A stretch of DNA of 63,836 nucleotides, filler included, from Octopus bimaculoides (taxonomy: Eukaryota), in NCBI RefSeq assembly GCF_001194135.2. It is 4 parts of 4 records of this genome, joined end to end, with 100 filler letters (N's around TTAATTAATTAA, not from the genome) between each part and the next. Parts side by side here need not be neighbours in the genome. Positions count along the whole stretch, not along the records: positions 27,943 to 58,539 come from NC_068981.1; positions 58,640 to 62,636 come from NC_068998.1; 2 more parts are not named here. One strand, 5' to 3'. The position numbers and the translations under genes are program-made. Of this stretch, positions 50,130 to 62,494 are shown in pieces (positions within the stretch are counted from its first letter, which is position 1; each line of letters opens with the position of its first letter). Under the pieces are notes generated by a model, which saw nothing but the letters and a program-made list of their open reading frames with translations, was not told where the DNA came from and did not search any database.

Positions 50130-50870
50130 CACCTGGACAGTGATGTTTCTTGGAGTTATTAGATGTTTCAGGTCTTTCAACAATCAGATACTTTCACAGA
50201 AGCAATGAAGCCAAGATTGCACTACTCCAGGTAGCGGTTGTGGATCAGGAGGTGCAGGCCCCTCGAAAGGGCTCACAGCTCCTGATCCTCAGCCACCTTA
50301 AGGCAATTTCTGCTGCCTCCACAACCAACTTTATGACCTCTAACACTTGGGCTCCTGTGACGACCAGCATTTTGTAGGCTCTGCAAACGGACTATCCTTC
50401 AAACCCACTACATTTCATCTCAGTGAGATCACATCTTGCTTGCGACCCGTTGCTTCGGCACAGCTCCATTCACTCAGCATATTACATTCTCTTCTTCTTA
50501 GTTGCCTCCTCAAGATGGAATGAGGAGTTCCAACAGAACCATATGCTTGCATGCTTCTCAGTAGCTCCATGTCTAACCGTAACGATGTTAAAGCGACAGT
50601 TTCTGGGACAAACTGAGGGAAGTGGACTTGACAGCTGGTATCTTCTTCGTTGGGCGGAGGTACCTGAAATGGCTTATCTCATTGTTGATGTCTGCTATGA
50701 CCTTCAGGACCGAGCCATGTCTTTAGCGGTAGCAACCTTCTCCCAGGGCTTATGGACAACTACTGAGCATATGCTCCAGGGTCCCTCTGCTCATGCACGG
50801 GGCCAATATATATATTTAGAAGTAAGAAAATTGTTACTTACTTCATCTTCCAGAACCACACCAACTGTGG
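50130..50870 (-). mobile_element. Possible decayed LINE ORF1 fragment (Tx1-like)
   Basis: GC-richer, coding-like texture. Minus-strand EG*SVCRAYKML resembles a degenerate EG(R)..CxxC knuckle. Many stops. Confidence 0.3.
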
Positions 50871-51856
50871 CAACCAACAATAATATATCTGTTTTAGATT
50901 GATTAATTCTTTATCACAATTTCATCAATTTAATAGTTATCGATTACTGAAGCAAAATGGACCAGACAAATTTGGCCATCGTGATAATATACCAACGTGA
51001 ATTTGAAAATTGAAATGTATTGTTTAATCATTATAATTGTTAGAAGAAAACAGTTTAATATCTAAATGTACTCAATAAATGATCAAAAAGCGCATATATA
51101 TGTTAATATGCTTACACAGCAGTTTAGTAAATGGGGAAAATGTTACACGAGCTGCTTAACTACAAATAGTTATATTCCTTGCATCTTCTGGTGAACGCTG
51201 TATAGCAGCTGACGAGTAGGTCTCTTATAAATTAATCAACGAAAATCTGGGACTTTCTTTATAACAACAATATGCGAAAGAGACAGCTCTCTCTCTCTCT
51301 CTCAGTACTTTGCTTACCGTTTTCTTAAAAGAAAAGCCAGTATAATGGTTAGGGAAGTCAGACTAACCATTATTTAATATGTAGCCAGTAAACCCACTGA
51401 TATTTATATACATGTTCATTTTGATAGACTCGCATGCATTTAAAATATTTGTCTCTGATTTACTATCACTTAAACTCGTTTAGTCACAATTTTATGTGTA
51501 TAGAGTCGATTGTTAGCTCGCCTGTTCAAAAAAACAGAAAAGGGAGGAAAAAATAAGCCAATGTTTGTGAGCTTACAATGTATGCAGACTTGACTTAAAT
51601 GTTAATACACACAGCGTATATAAGCATCTCTATTCCTTCTTTCAAATGTATGTGGCTGTAGAATGACTGAGTGGATAAGATAGATATTAGGCTCAGGCCA
51701 GTCTGGACGACCATCACCAATTTTTTTTTTCAAGACTTAAAGCAATTCTAATTGCTCGACTAATCACATAGAGAGAAGTTCCCTCATTGCCTCTTGTTTT
51801 CGAAATTTTATTCATGGATGCATGCTCCAACTCATTTATCTGTGATAAACTAGCAC

Positions 51857-52129
51857 TTATACTGGGTCAGATTGTTTGACCCAAGTCGAATCTTTGCTGA
51901 ACAGCATTGTCTTCCTGGCATGCATGATAACTCTAACATCATTATTACTAATATCTGTGAAGCCCTTGGCAAAGGAAAGTGCCTTCAACAATAATTCTTT
52001 AGAAATAGATGAATAAAAGTCGACAATGTCGAACTGTGTAAATTTAGCCCTGCCTCTGTCCTGGTTGGCAATAAACCATGAGGTTACCTCATTGGTGCTG
52101 CGCCATAGAGGGAGGCTCGTGTGTTTTAT
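51857..52129 (-). mobile_element. Penelope-like (Neptune-type) reverse transcriptase fragment; not in the supplied ORF track
   Basis: 91 codons to a stop: IKHTSLPLWRSTNEVTSWFIANQDRGRAKFTQFDIVDFYSSISKELLLKALSFAKGFTDISNNDVRVIMHARKTMLFSKDSTWVKQSDPV*. FDI.xFY.SIS and IMHARK.LF..WVK are PLE RT motifs. Confidence 0.8.
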
Positions 52130-53199
52130 GTCATCATTTTGTTTAATAATTACTGCTCAGTTCTTTAAAGTGTGCTTCTCTCTGATATGTTTTTTATATT
52201 AACCATATGTATAACATATATGGCCATTTCGATTTGATATACTCATATGTTCTAAAAAGAGTTTAGTACATATGAGTATATCAATATTTAATACATAGAA
52301 ACCGATGTTTTTGTCCACAGTGGTAAGAGAAATAACAAGACCAGTTATTTTGCTGTTAGTAGGGTTGCAGTTATGATTGAAACTTATACTGTAGTTTATA
52401 TTCTATCGTTCACCTTGGCCTGTTATTCCAAAAACTTTTTTTTTCCCTTCGAATCAGAATCTTGGATTTGAATGATCAAAGGAAACGGTTAATAATTAAT
52501 TTCTCTTTGCTGATTTCAAGATAAGATAGTGGTATTCTCAAAATAAGTTTGTAATATGTGGTTGTTGTTAGATGAATATTTACAATGATTTACGGGTTTG
52601 ATGGTAATCAAAGGATAGAAGATAAAAGAATTTAAAAAGTGCGTGAATGTGAGAGAAGTGCAGAGTTCTAGGAAATACATTTATCAAAGGAAATGTCTCA
52701 GTTACTTTTCGTTATTGATCATTTTACGTCACATGAACCATTGAATTTTAGGTATATTATGCAGTATATCTAGATCGAGCATAGGCAATTTTTTCTTCTT
52801 TTTGGTGGGGTGGGGAAGCGGTCACAAGGTGGACAGTGCTACTAAAATTTGAAGTAATTTTGGGTCACCTCCAAAATTATTCATTAAAGGAATAATTACC
52901 CTAAACTTAAATCTAATGTTTATGGTATTTTTGAAGATTATGTTAATGATTTTAGAGGTCGATATCATTGTAGTTGTAAAGGCTAGTATATTAGCAGAAC
53001 TGGTATAGTCATCAACAGAATACTTTGTATTATCTAGTTACGTTCCTTTATATATCATCATAAAGATTATGAACTTATTGTGTATAGTGCTAAGGCGTAC
53101 TACAACTCGTCGAAAAAGGGTGAAGGAACGGACAGATCATAACTGTTATATCCTTATGAGTAAACGAAACCACACGGAACGTAACAACAATCTTTTAAG

Positions 53200-54300
53200 A
53201 ACCAACAATCCAACATGCTAAGTCGAACCGTAATCTTTGAACTCCAACAACCATCAACGCACGAATTGTGGAACTAGCACGATGATTTTATTGAAACCAC
53301 AAGGGTTAAACAAAGAGGAGACAATACAAGGGACAAATGGGGTCGGGGACTTATGGAATGGTATTAAATATATATGAATAAATACATTATAATTTCGGAT
53401 AAAGATGAAACAAAAAATGAATGGACGCGGAATGTGTTTGACCCCACCAACCACATTCCTGCGTTGAATCGTTTATTTCATCCGTTTTTTACTCCAGTTA
53501 ATTAGGCGCTTACATACCCAACATTCTTGCTACTTCTCTCTTCTTTCGTACTTTTTTGCCGTCAAGCATTTCTTCTCCCGACATGCTTTCCCTCTCAGGT
53601 GATATGAAAAGAGGTTATCCATAGCATGCCCGGAGACGAAGGCGCCTGAAGCGATACCTCTTCCACGCGTCTTCCATGTCACATCTTTCGCTATAGCTAT
53701 TACGGCTTTTAGAGGAGACGGCAGAACGATTTTAATAATCGATTCGGCTGACAGCTGTACTCTCCCCAGCTGTGACAGTACCTGTTCGGTAGAAACCCAC
53801 AGGTCCGAGAGACACGGACACTGTACGATTACGTGCATGTGGGCACGTAGGCGACACAGTGATGCCGTGCCTCGTGAGTTTATCCCGAACTGGCAAGGCA
53901 CTTCGGAAGCACAGCGAAGCCAGGGACCTCTGGAAGTTGTCTATAGGTCCCGGGCCGAAAGTCCTTGATGCAGGTTGGCAAACTGACTTTCATCGAAACC
54001 CAGTCTCCCCAGGCCGTCGTCACACTTGCCCTCTACAATACGCCGTGGTGGTACCCCTTCCGCCGGCATTGCTCGTTCGGGAGAGAAGCACGAGCGCCTG
54101 TCGACACTGCTTACCAAGCTCCCAGTCTTGGTCTATGCCTAATCCAGCTTTCCAGTTCACCAAAAGTGAACCTGGGAAATATCTCGTCAACGAACGGAGA
54201 CTACACCTGCTCACCAGCCAGGTAGAGCCAGAGATGCTTCAATCTCAGCGCATGCCTGCGCATATTTAGCCACTGCATCCCTAACCCACACTTTAGTAGC
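53200..54300 (-). mobile_element. Tx1/L1-clade LINE 3' fragment (same family as 39880-43720)
   Basis: Minus strand RTFGPGPIDNFQRSLASLCFRSALPVRDKLTRHG...TCP; VQCPCLSDLW..EQVLSQLGRVQLSAESIIKI. The UTR boundary is approximate. Confidence 0.8.
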
Positions 54301-54587
54301 TGTTGGCAGCAGATAAAGGGCCCTACAAGAGGCCACCTGCCTTCCCACAAGAGTTGAAAGAGCAGTCGTTCAATAGAGCTCTCAACTTGTGCATATTAGG
54401 AATATAGTTTTGGTAGTAGTTTGCCAGCCCAAAAAGTACTTGTAAAAGTTGGAATATTTGTCGGCACAGGCATATTCCTTATTGCGTTTGGTCTCGACAG
54501 GTCAGGACGTCTACCACTTTTATCAATTATTTGCCCTAAGTACTTAATTTGGAGTAAAAAGAATTCGCATTTTTTTTTTTTTCAAAG

Positions 54588-54707
54588 TGATCCTGAAAAC
54601 TTTAATTTTCTTAAACACAGCTTCTATGTGTACCACAAGCCGTTCACGAGAATTAGTCTTGGTCAAAATATCGTCCAAGTACGGGATTACAACTTTTAAT
54701 CCAAAAG
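54588..54707 (+). CDS. Candidate small phase-1/phase-1 exon (unconfirmed)
   Basis: Acceptors T12CAAAG (54587) or TTTTCTTAAACACAG (54620); donor AAG|GTAATT (54708). 120 or 87 bp, open frame xILKTLIFLNTASMCTTSRSRELVLVKISSKYGITTFNPK; no recognisable domain. Confidence 0.25.
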
Positions 54708-54859
54708 GTAATTATGTGTGTCTGTACAATCCTGTGTGTATTTATTGTCAAATACTTTGAGCATTTTTCATTTATTCTTATCTGTAAATAGGCTTCAGAC
54801 AGATCTCAGTTTCAAAACAAAATGCCATATTTGACTCTACCGACAGAAAATTCGGTCAG

Positions 54860-55085
54860 CGAGTGTACGTAATAGCGATTTCACTAACCTTGGTGCTTTT
54901 CTATTGAAGGACCTGATTAGCTTGAATCTTGAGTTACACACACGCTTGTCCACTGGTTGTAGAGATACTGACTTTATAAAGTGATCAAAGTAGTTGGAAA
55001 GATGGTAGATAATCTCATGGACTTCTACCAAGTCAGTTCTTAGACGTCGAAACTTTAGTGTATCTATGCTCACTCTGATCAAATT
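54860..55085 (-). mobile_element. CR1/L2-type LINE C-terminal fragment
   Basis: SIDTLKFRRLRTDLVEVHEIIYHL matches the L..RRL..DL...YKI motif. Confidence 0.65.
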
Positions 55086-55547
55086 CCGCTAGCTTTGTGT
55101 TAATACTAGAAATCTATATCATTGTAGCTACAAATACTTACATGATAGTTTATAATTGTTGTCAGATTTTTACATTGAGGTTTTATTGTTGAATACTTGT
55201 TTCTATTAGATTCATTACCGAACTTTTCCTTACTCACACATATATACATTTATATTCCTAAGGGCTAATTGTTTAAAACTATTTTCCAACTTTTTTTTTC
55301 ATATAATTTACGTGTATTTGTGTATAAAGGTGTGTTTGTGTGTGTGAGAGAGGGACAGAGAAAGAGAGAGTGTGTGTGTATGTATAACATTTCTTAAATT
55401 TCTGTTCATCTTCAAATAACTTGTTTAATCCACGATGTTTCATTACTGTTTCACATAAAGGCTGTACTATGGAGCATCATGTTCACGTCATTTGTAGATC
55501 TGAATTAACGTAAACTGTGTCAAATCTAGGTGGTGGTTTACCTTATT

Positions 55548-55584
<37 letters not shown>

Positions 55585-55679
55585 TTCTTTCTCCCTCCCT
55601 ACGATCCTTTTATTTCTTTCATTATGTTTCCTTCCTGTCTTTTCTGTCTTTTTCTCTTTTTATTTGTTTCTGTCTGTGT

Positions 55680-55798
55680 ATGAAGGTGTGTAGAAGTTAA
55701 TTTTTATATCCTAACAACATCAAAGGATTCCGGCTCCTTATGAAGGTGTACAGAAGTTAATTTTATATCTTAACAACATCAAAGAGCGCCGGCTCCTG
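55680..55798 (+). repeat. ~60-bp tandem duplication
   Basis: TGAAGGTGT..AGAAGTTAATTTT.ATATC.TAACAACATCAAAG...CCGGCTCCT occurs twice. Confidence 0.85.
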
Positions 55799-56274
55799 TC
55801 TGTAGGATTTTTTTGTTGTTTATTTGTTCGTTTGGTTTTCTCTTGCTCTGGCGTCTAAAATGGCTTTTGTTCGTCCAACCCCCTTTGATCTTCAAAGGCA
55901 AGAAAAGTTACGTTCTTGTTAAAAAACTTATCATGACTTGCTTACCGGGTCAGTCATTGGCTGTTAATATGTGTGTCAGTGTGTGTATATTTAGTTAAGG
56001 TGCAGCTTGGGCAGACCGTGTATGTGTGTGTGCTTGGTGTATTAATCTTTTGGATTTGATTTGACATCAGATTGTAATGTTTTAGTTACTCCAGTACCTA
56101 ATGTGCTAATGTTTGTATATATACACCCACAATACACAAACACACGCACGCATACACACGTCTCTTATCGTGTTCACTTTGGGCTGGAGACTTAACCGGC
56201 TGATAACATCCTGTTCGTGAATGGGACCGACTAATTTTGCTAACATTATGCATGATTAGAAGTGGCTTCCACTC

Positions 56275-56305
<31 letters not shown>

Positions 56306-56329
56306 ACACGCGCGCTAGCTATTGTCATC

Positions 56330-56495
56330 ACCATTTTACGTTTGCATTCCATGTTGGCACGGGTTGAATGGTTCGGCAGGATCCTTTTAGTGAGAGAACC
56401 ACACCGTGCTACTAAGTCTCAGTTTTGTACTATTTCTACAGCTTAATACCCTCTCTAATGCCAACCACTTTACAAAGTGAACTGGGTGCTTTTGT
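56330..56495 (-). mobile_element. Old RTE-tailed element
   Basis: CATTTTACGT...CCATGTTGGCACGGGTTG...CTCTAATGCCAACCAC...GGGTGCTTTT resembles the reverse complement of the RTE 3' UTR. Confidence 0.5.
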
Positions 56496-57305
56496 TTTTC
56501 TGTGGTACCAACACTAGTAAGGTTACCTTATAACTGGCAAGACTACCCCACCCCACGCCACAACAGAAAGAAGAGTAGGGGAGAGAGAGAGAGTATGGGT
56601 AATAACTTTAAGCAAGGTAATGAGAAGTTGAAATATGAGGAGAGGAAGGGGTTTAGTGTTGCGGAGAGAATAAGAGGAGACACTGTTGGGAGGAGAATAA
56701 TGGGGATAGGAGAAGGAAAATAGTTGTATCAGGGGTTAGTAAGAAAGAGAGGAACAACGGAAGGGATGATGGAGAGGTTTGTGTAAAAGGAACCAGTGTT
56801 ATCCCGCATTGTAAGGGAGAATATGGGTGGAAGGTGTGGTAGGAAGGGGGTATGAAAGAAGAGAACCGTCTTAAATTAAGAGAGGTCATGGGTGTCAATT
56901 CACGTTAACAGAGGTGGCTGTGCTGTGTTAGCCAGAGAGAGAGAGAGAAATAAGTGAGAAGCTATGGAGAGAGAACAGTGAGAGAAATGGGGAATGAGTG
57001 TAAAGCAGTAAGTGAATGTCATGGATGCAGTGACTGAATGAGGCAATGTTGTGTGTGGAAGATTTTTTTCCATGTGTATAATGATGTAATGCCTATCTGT
57101 AAAGAAACGTGTGATATGAAATAAATAATACCAAAATTTTCTAGTTTTCTGTTTTAGAATATAATTACTCTTTAATAAACACTTTCCAGTATTAAACAGT
57201 ATTCTCTAGTGTTTTCAACTCTTATATGGATTATACAGCTACAGGTATACTTTGGAGAACAGAAATATGCAGATGTGCTTCATGAGAACAAAGCTTAGAT
57301 TACAG

Positions 57306-57351
<46 letters not shown>

Positions 57352-57354
<3 letters not shown>

Positions 57355-57594
57355 GCTGTGTGGTAAGAGGTTTGCTCCCCAGCCGCATGATTCCTAGCTC
57401 AGTCCCATTGCTACCTTGGGCATGTCTTCTACTTTGCCAACCAAAGCCTTGTGAGTGGATTTGGTAGACAGAAACTGAAAGAAGCCTATTGTAAATTCTT
57501 AGGGGTCGATTTGTTCGACTAAAACTCTTGAAGGCTGTGCCCCAGCATGGCCACAGTCACATGACTGAAAGAAGTAAAACGTAAAACAAAAGAT
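57352..57594 (+). mobile_element. SINE family A with internal deletion
   Basis: GGCTGTGTGGTAAG...GTGAGTGGATTTGGTAGACAGAAACTGAAAGAAGCC...GGGGTCGATTTGTTCGACT...CCCAGCATGGCC. Confidence 0.85.
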
Positions 57595-58212
57595 ATAATG
57601 ACCATCTGAATTTCAAACATACCCACTTTTTCATTGTGCACATATGCCTGTAACAGGTCTGATAGTATTCCTACCCTGAGTCTTCTGATGATTATTTAAT
57701 GTTGATTATGTTTTAAATTTTATGTGAGAAATGTAGCAAAATAGTTTTGTCAAGAATCATGAACAGCAGCTCTACCATTGTGCATTCATCCAAAACATAT
57801 CAGCCCAACAGTAGATGAGCACAACTCACCTTTAGACATCAAGGATAGCAGTACTACACTACTTAAACATCAAAGATAGCAGTACTACAGTACTGGGACT
57901 GTTGAAGCTCTATACATACAACTATGTTGGTTTTCCAATACATGAGCTTTCACAGATGACAAGTCCAGCAATTTAAAAACTTACCAGCAAAGTTATCTCT
58001 GAACTCTCTACATTACAGATACTTCAACATCCTGCAGATTTCAAGCAGTGTTTCACAATTTGAGCTATTCAATTTCCTTTAACTGCAGGCTCTACATACA
58101 CACAGTGGAAGTCATTTATTATAATCTCTTTATAGCAAAACCTTTTCATTAACAATAGCCAAATGATTATTTGTTTTGAATAAAGAGTTTGAGACCAGTA
58201 TATTTTAAGAAC

Positions 58213-58539
58213 AACCTCCAGGCTATAACAGAGGAATTCAAGACAGGATGCCCCTGGGAGCTCCTCTATGCTGATGACCTTGCACTAATTGCTGAGTCTC
58301 TATCACAATTAGAGGAGAAGTTTCAGGTATGGAAGCAAGGACTAGAATCGAAGGGCCTTAGAGTCAACCTAGCTAAAACCAAAGTCCTCATAAGTAGGAA
58401 GGCAGACAAAACACAAACCCCTTCAGGTAGATGGCCCTGCTCGATCTGTAGAAAAGGAGTGGGAAGTAACTCTATAAGATGCACCCAGTGCAAGCTATGG
58501 ACACATAAGAGGTGCAGCAATATCAAAGGAAGGTTAACT
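58213..58539 (+). mobile_element. RTE RT/PHD internal fragment (same family as 30433-33547), runs into gap
   Basis: LQAITEEFKTGCPWELLYADDLALIAES...GRWPCSICRKGVGSNSIRCTQCKLWTHKRCS; no stops in this part. Confidence 0.95.
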
Positions 58540-58639
58540 NNNNNNNNNNNNNNNNNNNNNNNNNNNNNNNNNNNNNNNNNNNNTTAATTAATTAANNNNN
58601 NNNNNNNNNNNNNNNNNNNNNNNNNNNNNNNNNNNNNNN

Positions 58640-58720
<81 letters not shown>

Positions 58721-59497
58721 GTAGATAGATAGATAGATAGATAGATACACACATGCATACATACATTCATACATGCATATACAAACATATCCACACATGT
58801 CCCCTCTTCTTTTTCTTATTCTTATTTTTATTGTTACTTTTATACTCCTCTTCCTCCTCCCTTTCCTTCCTCTTCTTCTTCGAAAGCGCAGTACTTCATA
58901 GTTTCCTTGTGTGTTTCTCCTATGAATTGGTGTTTCACACACCGTGAGCTTTCAGCCGAAATAATTAATACGTGTGTGTATATGTGTATGTGTGTATGTA
59001 TGTGCGAGTGCATGTGCGTATATGTGTGTGCATCTGCGAGCGCTCGCGCACGCGCATTCATATGTATGTATGGGGAGAGAGAAAAAAAGGTATTGGTGAT
59101 GATAATGATGATGATGATATTATCATCAAATCAGATACCTCCTCAGAACCTGTGTAATTGTATTCCCAATATTCAATATCGTCTTCCTTCCTCTTCTTCC
59201 TGCATCCACATTACTTGTCTACCGCTCTGTAACATGTCTACATCTCCGAACCGGAAGTAATTAAGAAGTTTTTGTTTCTTATCTGCCTCATAACAGATCA
59301 AAAACCAATGTGTTGTCTGATTTTTTTTTATTAGAGAATTGTTCGGCAATTGTTGCAGTGTTCAATTGGAGCCTTCCTGTTGTATAACAGAAAGCAGACG
59401 ATAATCTTCTCCCATGCAAACGATCTGACCAATCAGTCTTCCTCACAAATTGGATCTGCCTTTTTTTTTTTTCATTTTCTTTTTAGTTTCAGTGTGA

Positions 59498-59870
59498 ATT
59501 AGATACGATGGCTTGTAACATACATTCTCGCGATTAACACATCCCGATCAAGCTTATAATAGCCCCTTCTCAGCTCGCGTGAAAATAGGTTCACCGGAAG
59601 AAAGAAAAAAACACTGAACCAACGAAGAAGCTTCTTTGTAATCGTGTGACCTGCCAGAAACAGCACCCAAAATCATTCAAATGTGGATTAGATATGATGG
59701 CTTGTAAGTAACAATCAATGTCGCGATTCGCACACCATATTCCGGTTAATAATGGCCCTTCTTAGTTCCGAGGCAAAGAAGTTAGCCAACGAAAAACATG
59801 TTGAACCAACGTGAGCGCGCAACCTGCTAGAAACAGCACCCAAAATTTCTCTCAAATTGCATTTTACTGT
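59498..59870 (+). repeat. ~189-bp tandem duplication containing family D core
   Basis: ATTAGATAYGATGGCTTGTAA at 59498 and 59687; ACCTGCYAGAAACAGCACCCAAAAT occurs twice. Confidence 0.75.
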
Positions 59871-59984
59871 TCTAAAAATGAAAGGATATAATGGAGGAAA
59901 TACGAAGGAAAAATCGGAACGATCATAAGTGGAGCGCCTTTGGTCATCGGGGTTCATTTGGAGCTAAATAGCAACAATAACAGG

Positions 59985-60089
59985 CTACAGTAGAAGACAC
60001 TTGCCCAAGGTGCCACGCAATGGAACTGAACCCGGAACCATGTGGCTGGAAAGCGAGCTACTTACCACACAGCCACTCCTGCGCCTATA
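59985..60089 (-). mobile_element. SINE family A head, young
   Basis: GTAGAAGACACTTGCCCAAGGTGCCACGC...ACTGAACCCGGAACCATGTGG...CAGCCACTCCTGCGCCTATA. Confidence 0.9.
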
Positions 60090-60618
60090 CCGTGTAATCA
60101 AATTTTTAATTTTACTTTTTAATTTCTTTTTTTTTTTTTTGTCTTTGGTCAGAAAGTGCTATTTCTTATTTGCTTCTATCTAAAGAGCAAAGGAAATTAC
60201 AACTACTCCCTTCAGACTTTTCTCTTTTGTGACTTAGACAACAATGTTTTGAAACTGACCTATTTTCCCATTACATTTCAGACAGATTCAGCACTGAATT
60301 GCTGAAGCAGAAATATCGTTATAGCAAATATTCTGCTCAATAACACAGATTTGCTTGTCAGATGTTTGACCTTAACTACTTGAGCGTGTTCCTCAGTGGT
60401 TGACAATATGTCCATCTTGATCATGAGCAGGAATAGAGGGAGTGCATGATAAAGACGTGTTGATAGGGATTCCTTGGAGTCTGAATTATGTTATACAGTG
60501 TTATGATACGTACGCGAGAAGAGAAGATAATTTTAATAAACCATGAATTTATGTTGTATGGTATTTGGTATACCTGTATTTGTCTATGTTGCTCACCACG
60601 TAAAGGCTCCCTATTCTG

Positions 60619-60733
60619 AACCCACTAGATGTCTTAACTCACTAGATATCTTAACCCACTAGATGTCTTAACCCACTAGATGTATTAACCCACTAGATGT
60701 CTTAACCCACTAGATGTCTTAACCCACTAGATA
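60619..60733 (+). repeat. 17-bp minisatellite (AACCCACTAGATGTCTT) x6.8
   Basis: Units start at 60619, 60636, 60653, 60670, 60687, 60704 and 60721. Confidence 0.95.
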
Positions 60734-61501
60734 TTGGATGTCTAGGATAATTCAGCTGGTTGGGGGTTCTACATACCTTTACAAATTATACTCATCTCGG
60801 ATAATTTTAACATTGCTCAGCAAGGTAACAAGAATTCTTGCCATGCACAAGTTGCAAAGTAAACACAGCGATATCACTCGACATGCATGAAGGTCACTGC
60901 TAGCTCTCACTGCGCACGCAACCATATGTTGTTATCTGATGGCGCACTCGTGTATAGTTCTCCAGGGGTTTACAGCACTGACATCTACCGCCTCGAGGGC
61001 TCTATTTTGATTTCTCAAAACTTAAAGAAAGGATACAATGGGCATTGTTGAGCTAAACGCCTATTGCGATGGTTTCCTGGTCAATTAGATCTGACATGAG
61101 GTTAAACGGCAACAATAATAATCTTATATGCAGAGAAAGTCTTTAATTCTTAAACCTTCAATCATTAATGAATTATAAGATTCATGTAATGACTACAGTA
61201 GCCATTAGCTAATCCATGAATATTCGCCATGTCGCCAAACCATTCTGTGAGCTATCTGCTAGCGATGATCCTCAAATGCTACAAATATTTATCTTCGACA
61301 AATATTTGTTTATTGTGAATTTAATTACACATTGTCAAGTCCAAGACATATATACATACATACACGGATTATAAACATATATACATATACATGAGTGTAT
61401 ATATTTAAACATGTACGTGTATGTGTGTGTACGTATATATATGTTTATATATACATGTACATACTTATACACTTACGCGCATGCACTCATGCACACGTAC
61501 G

Positions 61502-61609
<108 letters not shown>

Positions 61610-61730
61610 CAAGTTTTATTTCAAGCTTTCTTGCCGATAGAGAAAGAGCCTGTTTCTAAATTTAGAGCCAAGGCTCTATCATTGGAATTTCGACAACATC
61701 AACAAGGTATTTTTGAATGTATGTACGTAT

Positions 61731-61792
61731 ATTCTTTTATTCTTTTACTTGTTTCAGTCATTTTGACTGCGGCCATGCTGGAGCACCGCCTT
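61731..61792 (-). mobile_element. SINE family A tail
   Basis: TCTTTTACTTGTTTCAGTCATTTTGACTGCGGCCATGCTGGAGCACCGCCTT. Confidence 0.85.
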
Positions 61793-61941
61793 TGTGTGCA
61801 GAATTTGAAGTCAGTGCATGTGCAGATTTGCATGTTTTGTTTTATGTATGTATGTATTATGCATATAATGTCAGGACATGCGCATACATAATTAAATGAT
61901 GAACTCACGTATGTATGTATATATGTATGTATGTATGTATG

Positions 61942-61973
<32 letters not shown>

Positions 61974-62457
61974 ATTTTCTTTGATTTCTCTCGCGTGCGT
62001 AATGTCCGGTTTTTCACCTCCTTCATCTCAGTTATTTCATGTCCTTCGTAGATTATACTTCATACCAATTTCTTAGAGACTGCTTTACATCTTCTGGACA
62101 ATCTCCTGGACAATCTTCTGGACATTCCGAACGATCAGACTATTTACCGCCGTTGTATTATTTATTAATTAATTAATCTGTGTTATTTATGAGTATGATA
62201 TAAAGAAAATCATTGCTTTATTTACTTTAAATCAATTGGAGATAGTGATGATATCTTTGGGGATAAAGATATCTATATTACCTTTATTTTATTTATATAC
62301 TCATGCTATATTTGAGGTTTAATTATTTCTATGTGGCGGGAATGTTATTCATTCTTATTGTGGCGCACAGAATATTCGAGATTTTTACTAATGTTTTTGA
62401 CTTTCCATCCATTCACAGAATTCAGACATTTGTAATATATATATATATGTATATATG

Positions 62458-62494
<37 letters not shown>

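Noticed and set aside
54421-54699. 92-aa ORF with hydrophobic N-terminus
   Set aside because: Starts at TTG, runs through a poly-T tract and is in a different frame from the splice-supported candidate exon.
59250-59436. ETS motif ACCGGAAGT and CCAAT box GACCAATCAG
   Set aside because: 9-10-mers are expected by chance in 64 kb; 180 bp apart with no other promoter evidence.
60866-61052. ~62-codon open frame with LSDGALVY, vaguely Ig-like
   Set aside because: Lacks the Trp and YxC of an Ig domain and has no convincing splice sites.
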